Of a DNA stretch of 64,000 nt, positions 47,270-61,318 are shown one piece after another (position 1 is the first letter of the stretch; each line of letters starts with the position of its first letter). This stretch comes from the human T2T-CHM13v2.0 reference genome, Homo sapiens. The DNA lies in the NCBI RefSeq assembly GCF_009914755.1, contig NC_060937.1. One strand, given 5' to 3'. The notes under the pieces were generated by a model. The model was not told where the DNA came from. It did no database searches and saw nothing but the letters and a program-made list of their open reading frames with translations. The position numbers and the translations under genes were made by a program.

Positions 47270-48154
47270 TGATGGTAGGAATAATTCTAAAATATCTTGT
47301 CCCTGTTGTTCATGCTTTTTTTTGTTAATTCTTAGGACTGTGAATGTGATAAGTTTCATTTCTGTAGTTAGGACATGCTATATGTCCCAGCTGACTTTAT
47401 GAAAAAGAGGTATCTTGGATAGGCCTGACTTAATTAAGTGAGTGCTTCATAGGGACTGGGCTCATTCTGAGGACAGAGATTTTAAACATGCAAAGGAAAA
47501 CCTCTATTGCTGTCTTTAAGATGGGGAGGGACACAGGGCAAGGAAGGTGACATCAGTCCCACATACTCGAGGAATAAAATTCTGCCACGACTGTGTGAGC
47601 TTGGAAGAGGATCCCAAGCTCTAGAAGACAATGCTGCCCTGTAGGTAGACACTTTGGTTTTAGCCTTAGGAGACCCTACGCAAGGAAGCCAGGTACATGC
47701 TGATATGGTTTGGCTGTGACCCCATTCAAATCTCAACTTGAATTGTATCTCTCAGAATTCCCAGGTATTGTGGGACGGACCCAGGGGGAGGTAATTGAAT
47801 CATGGGAGCTGTTCTTTCCCCTGCTATTCTCATGATAGTGAATAAATCTTATAAGATCTGATAGGTTTATCAGGGGTTTCTCTTTTTACTTTTTCCTCAT
47901 TTTTTAAGAAGTGCCTTTTGCCTCCTGCCATGATTCTGAAGCCTCCCCAGCCATATGGAACTGTAAGTCCAATTAAACCTCTTTTTGTTCCCAGTTTCAG
48001 GTATGTCTTTATCAGCAGTATGAAAATGGACTGATACACATGCCATACCTATATTTCTGACTTACAAAAGCATGAGCTAATAAACATGTGCTGTTTTAAA
48101 CTGCTACGTTCATGGTAAGTTTGTGTCAGTGGAAATCAATGGAAAATTAATATA
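47270..48154 (+). mobile_element. MLT1E-like LTR, split by a THE1A
   Basis: gtgagcttggaagaggatccc..gacactttggttttagcctt..gagaccct; 3' end aataaacatgtgctgttttaaactgcta...ggaaaattaatata. Confidence 0.8.
47701..48038 (+). mobile_element. THE1A solo LTR
   Basis: tgatatggtttggctgtg..ctcaacttgaattgtatctc...ggactgataca; TSD catgc at 47696-47700 and 48039-48043. Confidence 0.96.
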
Positions 48155-49502
48155 CTATTTCTTATAAGCAACAACCTCCCCCCACCAAAAATAACACATT
48201 CTAAGCAACCCAGAAGCCCCCCTGTCATTTTAATTCTGAAAATGAGCCACGTTTTTCAACTGTGCCATAGCTATGCATACTACCTCTCGGATTTCCTGTT
48301 GGATGTCTCCCAATTCCATGTAGTTTACATTACCCTCTAGGAGCACATTTGTCATTTCTAGAGACAGGGGAATGCCAATAATGATGGAAGCAAACTGTAT
48401 CCTCTCTTTCACTCAGCTTCCTCTCAGTATCTGATGACAATGAGAAATGCATTTGAAGAGATAAACACTTCCCGAAAGACCATCATGATAGGAGCTGATA
48501 CTCACAGATGCCTTAGTGAATGATTACGTCTCAGGATGCCATAAGGAATACACAGAAGGGTACAATCTCAAGCCTGTGAGTAATTTTATGTTCTAATCCT
48601 ATTACGTCCGGAATAAAAAATGCTGTGACGGTAAAAACTCTAGTCTGGAAATGGTTGCTACTTCAGCTCTTGTTGTTCCTCATTCAAATAGTTTACGTTT
48701 CCTGCCTTTGTGTGTGACACATGTATCATCAAAGCAGCAAAAACCAACTCCCCTTTTCTGCACTGTTTATACAACGCATCCCTTAAGCATATAATATCAC
48801 AGGACACAACTTTTCTCTAAGTACAGTGTGTTATATATAAATATATATTTATTTATATATTTTTTCTTCATATGTATGAATATATATATATATTCATATA
48901 TATGTAGGAATCTTTTCTCTAAGCTCTTGCTAATAAACCAAGTACAGCTCTCTTACTTCAAACATTATAATCCAGCTCATCTTATTTCTTATAGGCTTCA
49001 TGCCTTTCTCATTTCTAAATACTTTTTTTTCTACTGAATAGTTTGTTTATTTACTTGAGGATGGAGGGAATTACATAAGGGAATTACAGCCAATGACTTA
49101 TTTCTTGCTCTAGAAATAAATTACATTTATATACTCTCTATAGATTAAATTATAGCTACTTTCTCCGTGGGTACGCTCATCTTTTTAGGGAGTAAATGTG
49201 GTAGCTCATTTGAATGTAACTGCTATCCTAATCTCAAATACAGTGAAAACTCAAATCAAGTATTCTTAAGAAATGTGAAATTACTGAAGTTAAGTTTTAC
49301 AAATGGTTGAAGTTCAAAAAACAACAAAACAACAACAAGAATAAGTGTTTTAAATGGAAATCCTTTTAAACATACAGAGGAATCTCAAGTTTTAAACTAA
49401 ATATACTAAAATAAGTTTAATCATTTCTTGAAATTGAAGAAAAGATTCTTGTAACTCATGTCATGCATGTTTAATACTGCCCTGAAGCAATATTAAAATT
49501 AA

Positions 49503-49850
<348 letters not shown>

Positions 49851-51346
49851 TAGACTTAATGTCAATAGCCACCCAGACATTGAAGCTCTGGGTTAAATGG
49901 TAAAACATGTAAAAGATGTTAGATTTTACACAATTTAGATGCTATGTTAATTTTTTCTGAACTGTCAAGCAAGCAAATGTTCAGGTGCTAAATAAGTTTC
50001 AAGGATAATTAAAAGAGAAAAGTCATGCTTTAAAATAAACTTGTCAACTTATTTTCCATAGGAAAATAAAAGGTTTAATCCTTTCATAATGAGTAGCAAC
50101 AAAATTAAATTCTATTCAGCTCAATCCAATTTTTGAAAAGATTAAAAAAAGTTAGAAAAAATGTTTTTTTCAAAGCCCATGAGCTTTAGCTAAACCAAAC
50201 ACTACCTCTTCAGTATATATCTAATTAAATATGCAATTAAAAATGTTCACTGCACCCTAAGGCCTCCCATCCTGTTTAAATAGCTTTTTGCCCCACTTTA
50301 AAAGGCAAGTTCTAACTTTTTAAGTATTTTTAAAAATCCTTCAGATTTTCTACGTGATTTCTCTAGCAAATGCATTTTTCATTAAAATGCACCCCTTTAG
50401 AAATATGAACAATTTCTTAAACATGTAATAAGCATAAATCGAACATCTCTAAGTAACTGATTTAAGTAAAAAGGCAGAAAAATAATCTGTGAAAAGAGAT
50501 TAGTGCCTACTTCCTTTAAAGACAAGTTAGGTATGATTTAAATAACCATACATATTATGTTTTTTTCTTTATTTAGGTGCCAATGGAAAACTATAATGGC
50601 CAAATAAATTTTCCAACTTATTGTATATCAATTATATATTATCTAATAAAAATAAAGCTTTGCCTTTTTTATGATTTCAAATAATGCTTCTCCATGCTAT
50701 GCTTTTAAGTCATATATATGTGCCTATTTTTCACTTAGAACATCTTAGTGTGCTAAAATTGTCACATTATGGAAAATATCTTTGGGAAAAGATCATTTCA
50801 TATTGTAAGTGCTTTTGACAAATTGACATGAATCAAGTTCAACATTTAACTAAGGACAACTGATTGGTAAGTTAGATCTCAAAGCTTTCCATTTTACCAA
50901 CTCTACTGAGATAATATAAAAGAATAAAAGTGTTTTTATTACTAGAGTTTTAAAGTAAAATTACATTATTTGGACTTATCCCTTGAAAAATTTTATTTCT
51001 TTGATAGTGGTGGGTTTAAAAAATAAGCCAATCTATGGTGGTTCGTAGTAAGGTGCTCACCTACTGCTGGCTCCATCCCTAAAAGCCGACCCTGGGGACA
51101 GCACAGAAGGCAAAGCTAGGTTTGCAGATTCCAGATAAAACATAAGTGAGAAATATGTTGCGAAAGCACAGATGCTTTTGCTTTATCCCCACCCCACTTC
51201 ACTCCCACACACATTTCCCTGATAGATCATGGGCCAATGTGTCACTTCTGTGGAATTTAAAAAAAGACAGTATTAATGTTCTGGGTGGAATCTAGGAAAT
51301 AATGTTAAGCAATGCTGAAACATGTCCCAAGAGGAAAGCAGATGAC

Positions 51347-51701
51347 AAGAGTGTCACACATACAAGTCACCTAGGATCAATCTTTCCTTCCACATGTTGC
51401 CCAGCCCAGGGAAATAGTTCAATATGATTACATGAAAACTAAGAACTACTGATTTAGTGATAACACTATGACATATTTTTCAGATATATCTTCCATATAC
51501 TTGAAAAACATATTTTCCATATTTCCATATATCTGGAAAACATATTTTACATATTTCCATATATCCGAAAAATATGTCAAAGTGTTACTGCTAAATCAGT
51601 GCTTCCTAGTTTTTATAGAAGGATATCTAACCATTTCCCTGGGCTGAGTGGCATGTGGAAGGAAAGGTTAATCAGAGCTGACTTGTACATGTGACACTCT
51701 T
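51347..51701. repeat. Long imperfect inverted repeat (143-bp arms) with a tandemly repeated spacer
   Basis: 51347-51489 versus the reverse complement of 51559-51701: gapless, 116/143 identical by manual count. Confidence 0.95.
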
Positions 51702-51719
51702 ATATCCACATGTCTGGGA

Positions 51720-52480
51720 AATATTTTATAATATTTATGATATTCCAAAGTAATAGTTATTTAAAATCGGGAAATATGTGAAGAATTATTGCATTTGTGT
51801 AAGAAAAAGAAACAGGAAGTCCAAAGAAAAATGAGGGCAAATCATCCACAGACAATATGCACATGAGGAGATCCAAAAAGCTAAAATTATGTGAAAAGAA
51901 TCTCAAACCAACTAAAATTCAGGAAAATGCAGTCAGTCAACATCCTCATTCACCATGTTACATTGGTCAAATCGACATAAAATAAATCAGATAATACCGA
52001 GTGATGGAAAGAAATGTGAAGAAATATGACATGTGTGACTGATATTAGGCATTTCCATAGTAGCACCCTTTCAGCAGAGCAATCTGGCAGTATTTAGTGA
52101 AATAAAAACGTACACATCATGTGACACATGGCCTCCCTCTCCTAGTAGTAACTACAGAGATGATCTGTAATAAGGAGTGTAAAGATCACATATAAGCATC
52201 TTCATTGCAGTAGCGCTTGTGGGAGAAGAGGCCTGAGGTCATTTAAGTTTCTCTCACCAGGGATTGGACAGGGTAGATGTAAATGGCAAAATATTATGGA
52301 GTGATTATAATGAATATCCCATATATGCATAAAGAAATGTGACTACATCTTAAAAACATATTATTGAGTAAAAATAAAAAAGAGAAAGAAAACTGTATGT
52401 GATTTACAGCCTAAATCAATGTATGTAAATTATACATAAGACAAACTATATCTATGTGAATTTTATGATGCCTATGAGGT
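51720..52480 (+). mobile_element. Ancient L1ME-type ORF2 end/3'UTR remnant
   Basis: gagcaatctggcagtatttagtgaaat...ttcattgcagtagcgcttgt...catcttaaaaacatattattgagtaaaaa. Confidence 0.65.
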
Positions 52481-53834
52481 GTAACGAGAGTAGAGTTGGA
52501 ATACAGGAGCAGACTTTCATGGATTGATGTTATAATGAATAATAATTGACGTGAACTGAAGGTTATTATTAACTAAATTCTCTGTACCTGAGGTTCAAAA
52601 GAAAATCTGCTGAATATATTGAGTGCAAATAATACTACTGAATACACTTATACCTACTCAAGAGAATAAATGGATTTAAGCACTTTATGATTCCATTTAC
52701 ATATAAACAATGATATGCTCATTATAAATCTTTCTTATTTTCTCATTAAGTTGGTTTCCCCTCAGCTTTACTTATCTATCTTTTTCTTAGTCTAGTTTGA
52801 TTTACTGTAGGGAAACTGCAAGCATTCGCATTTACTCCATAATTCAATCTTTTCACTAATCAAATATGACCTTTTCCAAGTTAGAATGTTGTTTTCAAAG
52901 TGTGCCTTTATTTTGCTCTTGGAGAATATAAAATCGTTTAGGTTTTTTTTTTGTTTGGTTGTTTGATTGTTTCTAGAAACTCAGAGCTATATCTATTCAG
53001 AAAAATAAATAGCAGTAATTCATTAGAGATACGAATGACTAGAAAATGACCTATACCAAAAATAAAATGCCTGTGATTATGTAGAGACAATATTCTGGTG
53101 AATATTAAAATATTACCAATTTCACAGCATTCAAACCTATAAGCATAAAACAGTCTTGGTTTAATAAGAATAATTGAATAACTTTCCCTGTTATCTGAAA
53201 ATGGTCTTTTTGGCATCAGCTGCTGTACCATATATGATTTACGAATTTCCTAGGACAGACTAGTCTAAAGGAAACATCTTAAAATACGAAATAAATTTTC
53301 CACATTTTCCCATTATTTTTCAGATTTTAAAATTGATATCTAATTCTGTTTTATAGAATATACTATTAATACTACTTATTATTAAATGTTAATGATAATC
53401 TTAGACATAGAATCAGTAAGAAAAGTAGAAAGAGAATTGTGTTATTCAAACATACTTTTCTTTTTAACATAGAGAGCTAACCTAACTCTAATTTAAGGCT
53501 AGAAAACAAGAAAGAATTGTGTTCTCATCAACCCATAATGTACCCTTACTTTCACTTCGACATCAACAACCTAAATAATTATCAGATTTGCTCTGACTAT
53601 GAGGACATTTTGTCTGAAGACATAATGAATAAATGTGTTATTTGAGACAGATTGTGTGATTTGAGAGAAAATGGAAGTATAAGAGGGACTATATTACGTC
53701 TTCTGGTCTACCATTGCAAACATAACCGATATTATTCATACAACCAACAAATGTTTACCAAGTTCTTATGAAAATTAAGGTACTAGCAATTCCCTTGAAG
53801 ACACAGTAGAACTAGTCCCTTTATCCACTGTTAA

Positions 53835-54888
53835 TGTGCCGTGAAACAAACACCAAGATTCTTAGGTAAAAAGATGCTGCAAGTGAGTGGCCTGATAAGA
53901 TAAGGAAAATAAGACAGTCAGGAACTGGGAGACACAGCCTAGCTCTAGAGCCTATAGCTAGGATTCCTTTATGGTGGGGCCATGCGGTCCCTTTCAAAGG
54001 GTAATGAAATGTTTCTTACCTCCCATGAAACTTACATTTTGACCTAGAGATCTTCCTTTCTCAAAATAGGAAAAAATAAAGTCTCAAATTCTGAAGAAGA
54101 TGACAAGGGTGGATATCCTGTCTCTTTATATCTATAAATGTGTAGGTACTCACATTTATAATTTTGGGGTCTATATTAATTTCCTAGGCATTCTGTATCA
54201 AAATACCATAAACTGGGGTAGCTTAGAAAAACATAAATTTATTGTGCTATAGTTCTGCAGGCTGGAAGTCTCAGATAAAGGTGTTGTCAGGGCCGTGCTC
54301 ACTCTAAAGCCCCTAAGGAATGATCCTTCCTTGCCTCTTCCAGCTTCCAGTAGCCCTGAATAGTCCTTGGCTTGTGGCAGCATAACTCCAATCTCTGTTT
54401 TAAACACTTGTCTTTCCTCCATGTCTATGCCGGTGCATGACATTCTCTTTTTCTATTTTCTCCCTCTTGTAAGAATGCAAGTCATATTGGATTAAGAACA
54501 TACCTTCCTCCAGTATGACCTTATCTAATTTAATTGCATCTGCAGTGACCCCATTTCAACTAAGGTCACACTTGGAAGTACTGTGGGTTGCATTACGATA
54601 TATCTTCATGGGGGACACAATTCAACCCATGAAATGATGCCCTTCCTGTAGTACAAACCCGCTGCATGTGCAGAATCCATCTGGCTCTCATAGTGTTGCC
54701 TGGGGCTGCTTGGTATTGGAAAACAACGCTACACATTTACTCTGGTCACTGTTTTTGCTGTAAGCAAATAAATGTCTGATATTTGATTCAGAGGCATGGT
54801 GCTTCTGCTAGGATCGATCTATTGACTTATCCCTCTAACTGTTCAAGTAGAATAATGTCTCAGACTTTGCAAGTTTCCTGACTTGACA
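53835..54888 (+). mobile_element. Possible ancient LTR hosting the MLT1C
   Basis: tg...ca termini, aataaa near 54768, 3' end tctcagactttgcaagtttcctgacttgaca is LTR-like; family not identified. Confidence 0.3.
54172..54634 (-). mobile_element. MLT1C-like solo LTR
   Basis: atagttctgcaggctggaagtc...ccttggcttgtggcagcataactccaatctctg...ggggacacaattcaacccat. Confidence 0.9.
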
Positions 54889-57328
54889 TCAACTTGCTAA
54901 AGGAGGGAGACCCACTAATTCACCACTGGACGTTGTTCCCGTGGATTCAGTACCTGGATCAGTTGGAGGAGCTGCCATCTAGAAACTAAAATTTGTGAAA
55001 TAGATGCTTAATTATTGACAGTAATTTATTATTTACTTGTTAGTCTAGAATTCAGAAAAATGAATATTTCTTTAGAAATACATTTTCTAATACATTCGTG
55101 AAAAGCAAAGCTTTCTCTAAGCTGTTTAGTACAATAGCTGGCAATATGCGTATGATTTGAGGCCTGTTGTTTTCAGTCCCTCATTTTTGCAGACAAATAC
55201 CCCTCCTGTAGTACATAGGGCTGCTCTATCATATTATTATATAACCATTGGAAGATCAGCCACTGATGATGGGGTAGGAACTGAACCCAGAATTCTATGT
55301 TTGGTCTAGGGAATGTGCCTTGGTAAGTCGTTTTTGTTTTTGTTTTTGATAAAATAAAGTACATATTTCAGAAACGCATTACGAGTTTGGTATGTTCCCA
55401 CTCAGAGATATTTTTTCAGTTGGCAGAGGCTTATCTAGGGAAGGCAGAATTCTGTAGCCAACTAACTAAGCAAGTGTCTAGTGAAGAATGAGGAAAATTC
55501 AAGAAGCTCCACACACTAAGCTTTTCCTTGCCAGATATTCTGCAACACCCATGGCTGAAAGTTAATTCCTTCCACTTACCAAGTTACAGTGAAATATAAC
55601 TCAAGCAAGATTTGTGTGTTAAAATGTGTATTTTTACCAAAGCTCTCTGAGATTATTTCAGCTTCCTCAAAGGAATTACATAGAGTTTGAGGTGAGCTTC
55701 CTAAAATGAATAGGAAAAATTGGCAGAAAAAGTGGAAATACAGTCAAGTAAGGATGTAAGTAATAAAGGGATCCCAAATATGTATTGGCAGCCTTGCCTG
55801 AAAATTAAATTGCTTTATTTCTACTAGAAACCTTTTAGAAACAATTTCATATAACATAATTACATTAGCTCAGAAAATTAGACAAGGAGATAAAAGGAAA
55901 ATATAAGAAATAGACCAGAAACACCTGCTCTCTGGATATACTGTATAACTCTCTGAATTGTCTTAAAAATTTTTATGAGACAATTCCCTTTGTATCAGTT
56001 CTCTGAAAATGGTTAGAGCAGTGACTTTCAAATCATTCTTTGCCCACCTGTGCAGGAGCCCCACAGGCTCTAACTGGTGGAAGGAAGCACTGGGGAAGAT
56101 TGATACGCTGGGTCTTTAGAACGCTATTTTAACCACAGCATCTTTGATCATTGAATGTATAGTTCAAGAAGATTGCATTTGATTAAAGTGTTCCTCTGCT
56201 TTCTGGGCAAGCAGATTAACATGACAAGAGGAAGCAGCATTTCCTAACTATTAGTTATAATTTCAAACTTAGCTTTGCTACACATTCAGATCACTTTCTG
56301 TCAACTACATATGGTTATAGTGTTGGTTTTCAATAGGGATTTACAGTTTTCGATGATGTTGTTCAGACAAATATCATTACAGCATAGCTTGCTCCATTAA
56401 TACGGTACAGCATTGGAGATACACAGACTGACTGTTACATTGCAATGCAATACTCTTACATTTTTGTCTGTTGTTAAACTAAACAAAACAGAACAAAAAA
56501 GAGAATAAGATATCCTATTATGGTGTAGATATAACTGCATTTCTTACCTTGAAGGAAGCATATTAGCCCGATTAATTAAAATAAATGATTACTTAATGAA
56601 GTTTCATACCAGCACTAGAAAATTCTTCTTATATCTTTAGAAAAAAATGGTACATTTGAATTTTAAATTCTGTTAAAGACGTAATTAAACCACCATGAAA
56701 GTTCTTTTTAACTTTCTCATGAATATTAGCTGATAAGATGTATTCTTCCTTCCGAAATAACTGAAGTTTATAATACTGTGAAGCTGGCTATATAAATGTG
56801 ATAAAGCTATAAATGTTATAGTTCATACAGTGACAATTAATATAATGTGACTGCCAGAATAGTACTTGAGTAAGTTTTGGAAAAATGTGGATAATAAAGA
56901 TCAAATGAACCTTAGAAGTTCTTGGAGATTAACCTATTTATTTGCTGCATTACATATGACCCGGTTGCAACTCATTACTCCCGTAGTAATTATTTTTGAG
57001 TTATTTGTTTTAAAAGAACATACAGGCTAAAGTTGTTTATGTGATATTTAGTGATTCAAAACATAGCATCTTGAAATTCATAGTGTCAAAACTTATAAAA
57101 AGTATTTAAAATCACTAACAGAAAAGAAGATTATCAATTCTATCTTCCTGCCTTTTCTCTCCAGGTTTAAGATTTTCTATAAAGCAATGATCAATTAATT
57201 CACAAATTCCTTGTCTGATGAAATTAGCTTAACTAGTGCCTTCTTCTTTGTCTCATTGACAGGGTTATGGCCAAATTAGATGATTTAAACACCTCTTCCT
57301 AAAACATTATTTTAAGACATTTGTTTTT

Positions 57329-57613
57329 TGTTTTTGTTTTTTTGTGACGGAGTCTCGCTCTGTCGCCCAGGCTGGAGTTCAGTGGTGCGATCTCGGCTCA
57401 CTGCAAGCTCCGTCTCCCTGGTTCAGCCATTCTCCTGCCTCAGCCACCCGAGTAGCTGGGACCGCCACCACGCCCGGCTAATTTTTTGCATTTTTAGTAG
57501 CGACCAGGTTTCACCGTGTTAGCCAGGATGGTCTCGATCTCCTGACCTCGTGATCCGCCCGCCTCGGCCTCCCAAAGTGCTGGTATTACAGGCGTGAGCC
57601 ACCGCGCCTGGCC
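57329..57613 (-). mobile_element. AluY, CpG-rich, with small internal deletion
   Basis: gtgttagccaggatggtctcgatctcctgacctcgtgatccgcccgcc; lacks tacaggcgc after gctgggac; degenerate TSD gacat(t/c)tgttttt. Confidence 0.97.
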
Positions 57614-58085
57614 AGGACATCTGTTTTTTAAACTACTTCATAATATTATGTCAAGTTATGTTTAATTTGAATTATAGATTTTAACAAATAACAGCTATGG
57701 AAAAATTCACTAAGCCACAAAAAGAAATAATTAGTGTCCTTTTATTTTGATAACTTGAGAGAAATAAAAAGGTCTTCTCCATGCATTATATAGAGAAAAG
57801 ATTGACTCTTTTATTTAAACCAATCAAGTTCCCAAGTCAGTAATATGATTATTATGGAGTATCTTATAGAAGTGATCTCTTCTTATGTTGTATTTTTGGG
57901 TATAAATTCTATAACATTTTATTAGTAAAAAATTTGAATCCTCACATCGTCTTGACTGATGAAAATATTTTAATGATACACAGAACAAAATCATTTTAAT
58001 AATATTTTATCTTATGTAAAAGTTGATTAAAATATTTAATTATAACTCATAATCAAGTTTTATTTGGCATCTAGTTATGCAAATA

Positions 58086-58312
58086 CAGGCTTTCCCAAGC
58101 CAGGCATTATTGATATTTGGGGCACAATTCTCCTAGTTATAATTTGATTATGAGTTATAATTAAATTATTAGGAAGTTTGGCAGCATCACTGGGCCCTAC
58201 ACACTAGATGTTGGTAGCATACACATACCATCACAGTAATGCAATCAAAGATGTGTCCAGTCCTTGCTAAATGTCTCCTAGTGAGCAAAAGTTCCCCTGG
58301 CTGAAAACCAGT
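58086..58312 (+). mobile_element. MER20 (hAT-Charlie) with a replaced internal patch
   Basis: ggcattattgatatttgggg...aggaagtttggcagcatc..ctacacactagatg...tccagtccttgctaaatgtc...ctggctgaaaacca. Confidence 0.8.
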
Positions 58313-58773
58313 ACTCTAATACATATTTGATAAAAGATTGTCCTTTAGGCTACAAGTAGTAAGCTTCATTTATTTGGACTATTTTGGATGTTCAAGTTTC
58401 CATATTTTAACAAATACATCTTTATTCTTTGCAAAATAGAAAATAACTTGTAAATATATTATGAGAGTTGATTACAAGATAGGGTAATTGTTTTACAAAT
58501 AGAAAATTATTAGTTAAATTTCCTATAAATAAATTTTATTTCAGAATATCTTGGAGTAGTAGTAGGTCCTCATGGGTCCACACTGAATTTAGGTAAAATT
58601 GCAATAAAGCAAATTAATATAAAATTTCCTCCCATGTATATACCAGAAGAACTATCCATATGCACCTTCCAAGAAAACAAAATTTTAAAATACTAGCCAT
58701 GCCTTCTTACTAGGTATTGTGCCCTCTGTTACATTGTTATTGGAAAAGAAAGAAAGCAGGTGTAAAACAAAAT

Positions 58774-59167
58774 TGTGTTAGTCTATTTTACAATGATATA
58801 AAGAAATACCTGAGACTGGGTAGTTTATATTTAAAAAAGAGATTTATGTGGCTCAGGATTCTGCAGACTATACAAGAAGCATGGTGCCAGCAGCTGCTTC
58901 TGGTGAGGCCTCAGGAAGCTCCCAATCATGGCAAAAGAAGGGGTGGCAGGTATGTCACATGATGAGAGAGGCTGCAGTGGGTTGGGGGAGGTCTCAGAGT
59001 CTTATTAACATGCAGATCTTGGGTAACTCATTACCACGGGGAGGGCACCAAACCATTCATGAGGGATCCACTCCCATGTCCCAGATACTTCCCACCAGGC
59101 CCACCTTCCACACTGGAGATCACATTTCCACATGAGATTTGAGGGACAAATGTCCAAAACCATATCA
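58774..59167 (-). mobile_element. MSTB solo LTR
   Basis: tgtgttagtc...aagaagcatggtgccagc...aaaccattcatgagggatcc...ccatatca; TSD aaaat on both sides. Confidence 0.93.
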
Positions 59168-60269
59168 AAAATGTATACATGAAAACAAAAATTAAGAAGA
59201 TGCAAAAAGACCACAAAGAAAGAAATAGGTTTCTCCAGAGAATTTAGTTACACTTACAGTTATTTTTCCAGAAGCTATTTCTTTCTGCTTAAGACTGTTG
59301 GTCAACATGAATAGCAGCTCCTAGAATGAAGACAAAAATGAGGTTACACTCTAGTAAAAATAATTTTTTCTTGAGGCTCTCTTATTTCCTAGACCCTCAA
59401 GAATATGTCATACTATGTGTAAAGTGTAACCAATTTTTAAAAGGAGTCATTGTGTTCTAATAAGAATGAAACAGATTCCCCCTAATTCGAAGAGCAGGAT
59501 CCTAAAAGACGTGAAGAGACAGGGCTACATATAACAACCATGACAGAAGTATTCTACCAGCTACAGTGGGAATCACAGGAAAGGCAGTAGTTACGATTAT
59601 GGTTCTTCAGAAACTAGGCTCCAGTAAATGTGTGGAGATTTTGATGAATCTCTATAAGGAACATTGTTTGAGACATAAACTTGCCAAAAATATCTGACCA
59701 GTAGCATTACACAGAATCCAATACCTGATAAAATAAAAAAGTTGCAGACCACGAGTGACACTACTTGTAACTGCTCAGGGCTAGAAGACATCAGTTCAAT
59801 AAAGAAAAATCAATGACAAGTGCAAATTATGCCCAGATACATATGAAAGAAAAATTGACAAATGTTTTATAGGGTTATAAGTATGCTTATGCAGGTATGT
59901 ATACTTATCTATAGTTATATGAAAGTTATGAGGCACATATATAAGCCTGCTTTTTCTATAACAGCACTTTGTTATTATATTGCCAATCTCAACTGCTAAA
60001 TGACTCCCACAGTATGCAACAATGTCAGGGTGGTGGTTATTTTCAATTAATACTGTATTTGATTTATAAAATAAGGCAGTAAAATATTACTCTCAGTTTG
60101 TAAACCAGAGAAACATTTGTTCAGAACCCAGAAAGCTTACCTTATCAAAATTTATCTGCTTAAGCAGAGACAGACCTTGCTCTGCTATCATTTACTCTCC
60201 TGACAGATAAAATGAACTACTACATCTTCTGAGAAAGTGCCATATATTTATCCATCCATTTCCTCACCA

Positions 60270-60760
<491 letters not shown>

Positions 60761-60898
60761 ATCAAAAACAATTGATTATATGTAATATATGTATTATTAT
60801 AGTGGAGATGATAACTGCAACAAACACACTTTGTATGTACTTCTAAAGTAGGAATATATATGCTCCATTTTAATGTACCTGATTACAGTTTTGACCAC

Positions 60899-61318
60899 TG
60901 TATTTCTTAGCAATTGCATTTGGGTGTAATTAACAAAGACTTGGTATAGTGTCTCAAATGAGTCAAAGGTTTATTTTCTCACACAATAGTAGTCCAAAGG
61001 TAGCCTGCCCAGTGATGATACAATGCATCCATGAGTCATTAGGCTGTTTTCTTTCTTTCTACTCAGTTGTTCTCAAAGCTGTGGTTTTCATCCTGAAAGT
61101 CACTGGATGCTGTGCAAGACAGACCCCTTAAAAACATTTCCTGGAATCCTGATCCTATGTCTTCTGCTTACATCAAATGGCCGTTCCTAGCTGTAAACAA
61201 GGATGGGAAACATAGTATTTTACCTGAAAATATCATTGTCTTGAAGAAAATCAGGGTTCTGTTACTAAGGAAGCAGAGATAATGAATATTTGGGAAGTTC
61301 CCAGCAGTCCAAGCCACA
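60899..61318 (-). mobile_element. MLT1J-like LTR
   Basis: ggtttattttctcacacaatagtagtccaaagg...ttctgcttacatc...aaaatcagggttctgttactaaggaag...gccaca. Confidence 0.7.

Noticed and set aside
57143-57270. Two plus-strand acceptor-like sites (ttttctctccag/g, tctcattgacag/g)
   Set aside because: Stops follow shortly and no strong donor is nearby; expected by chance in AT-rich DNA.
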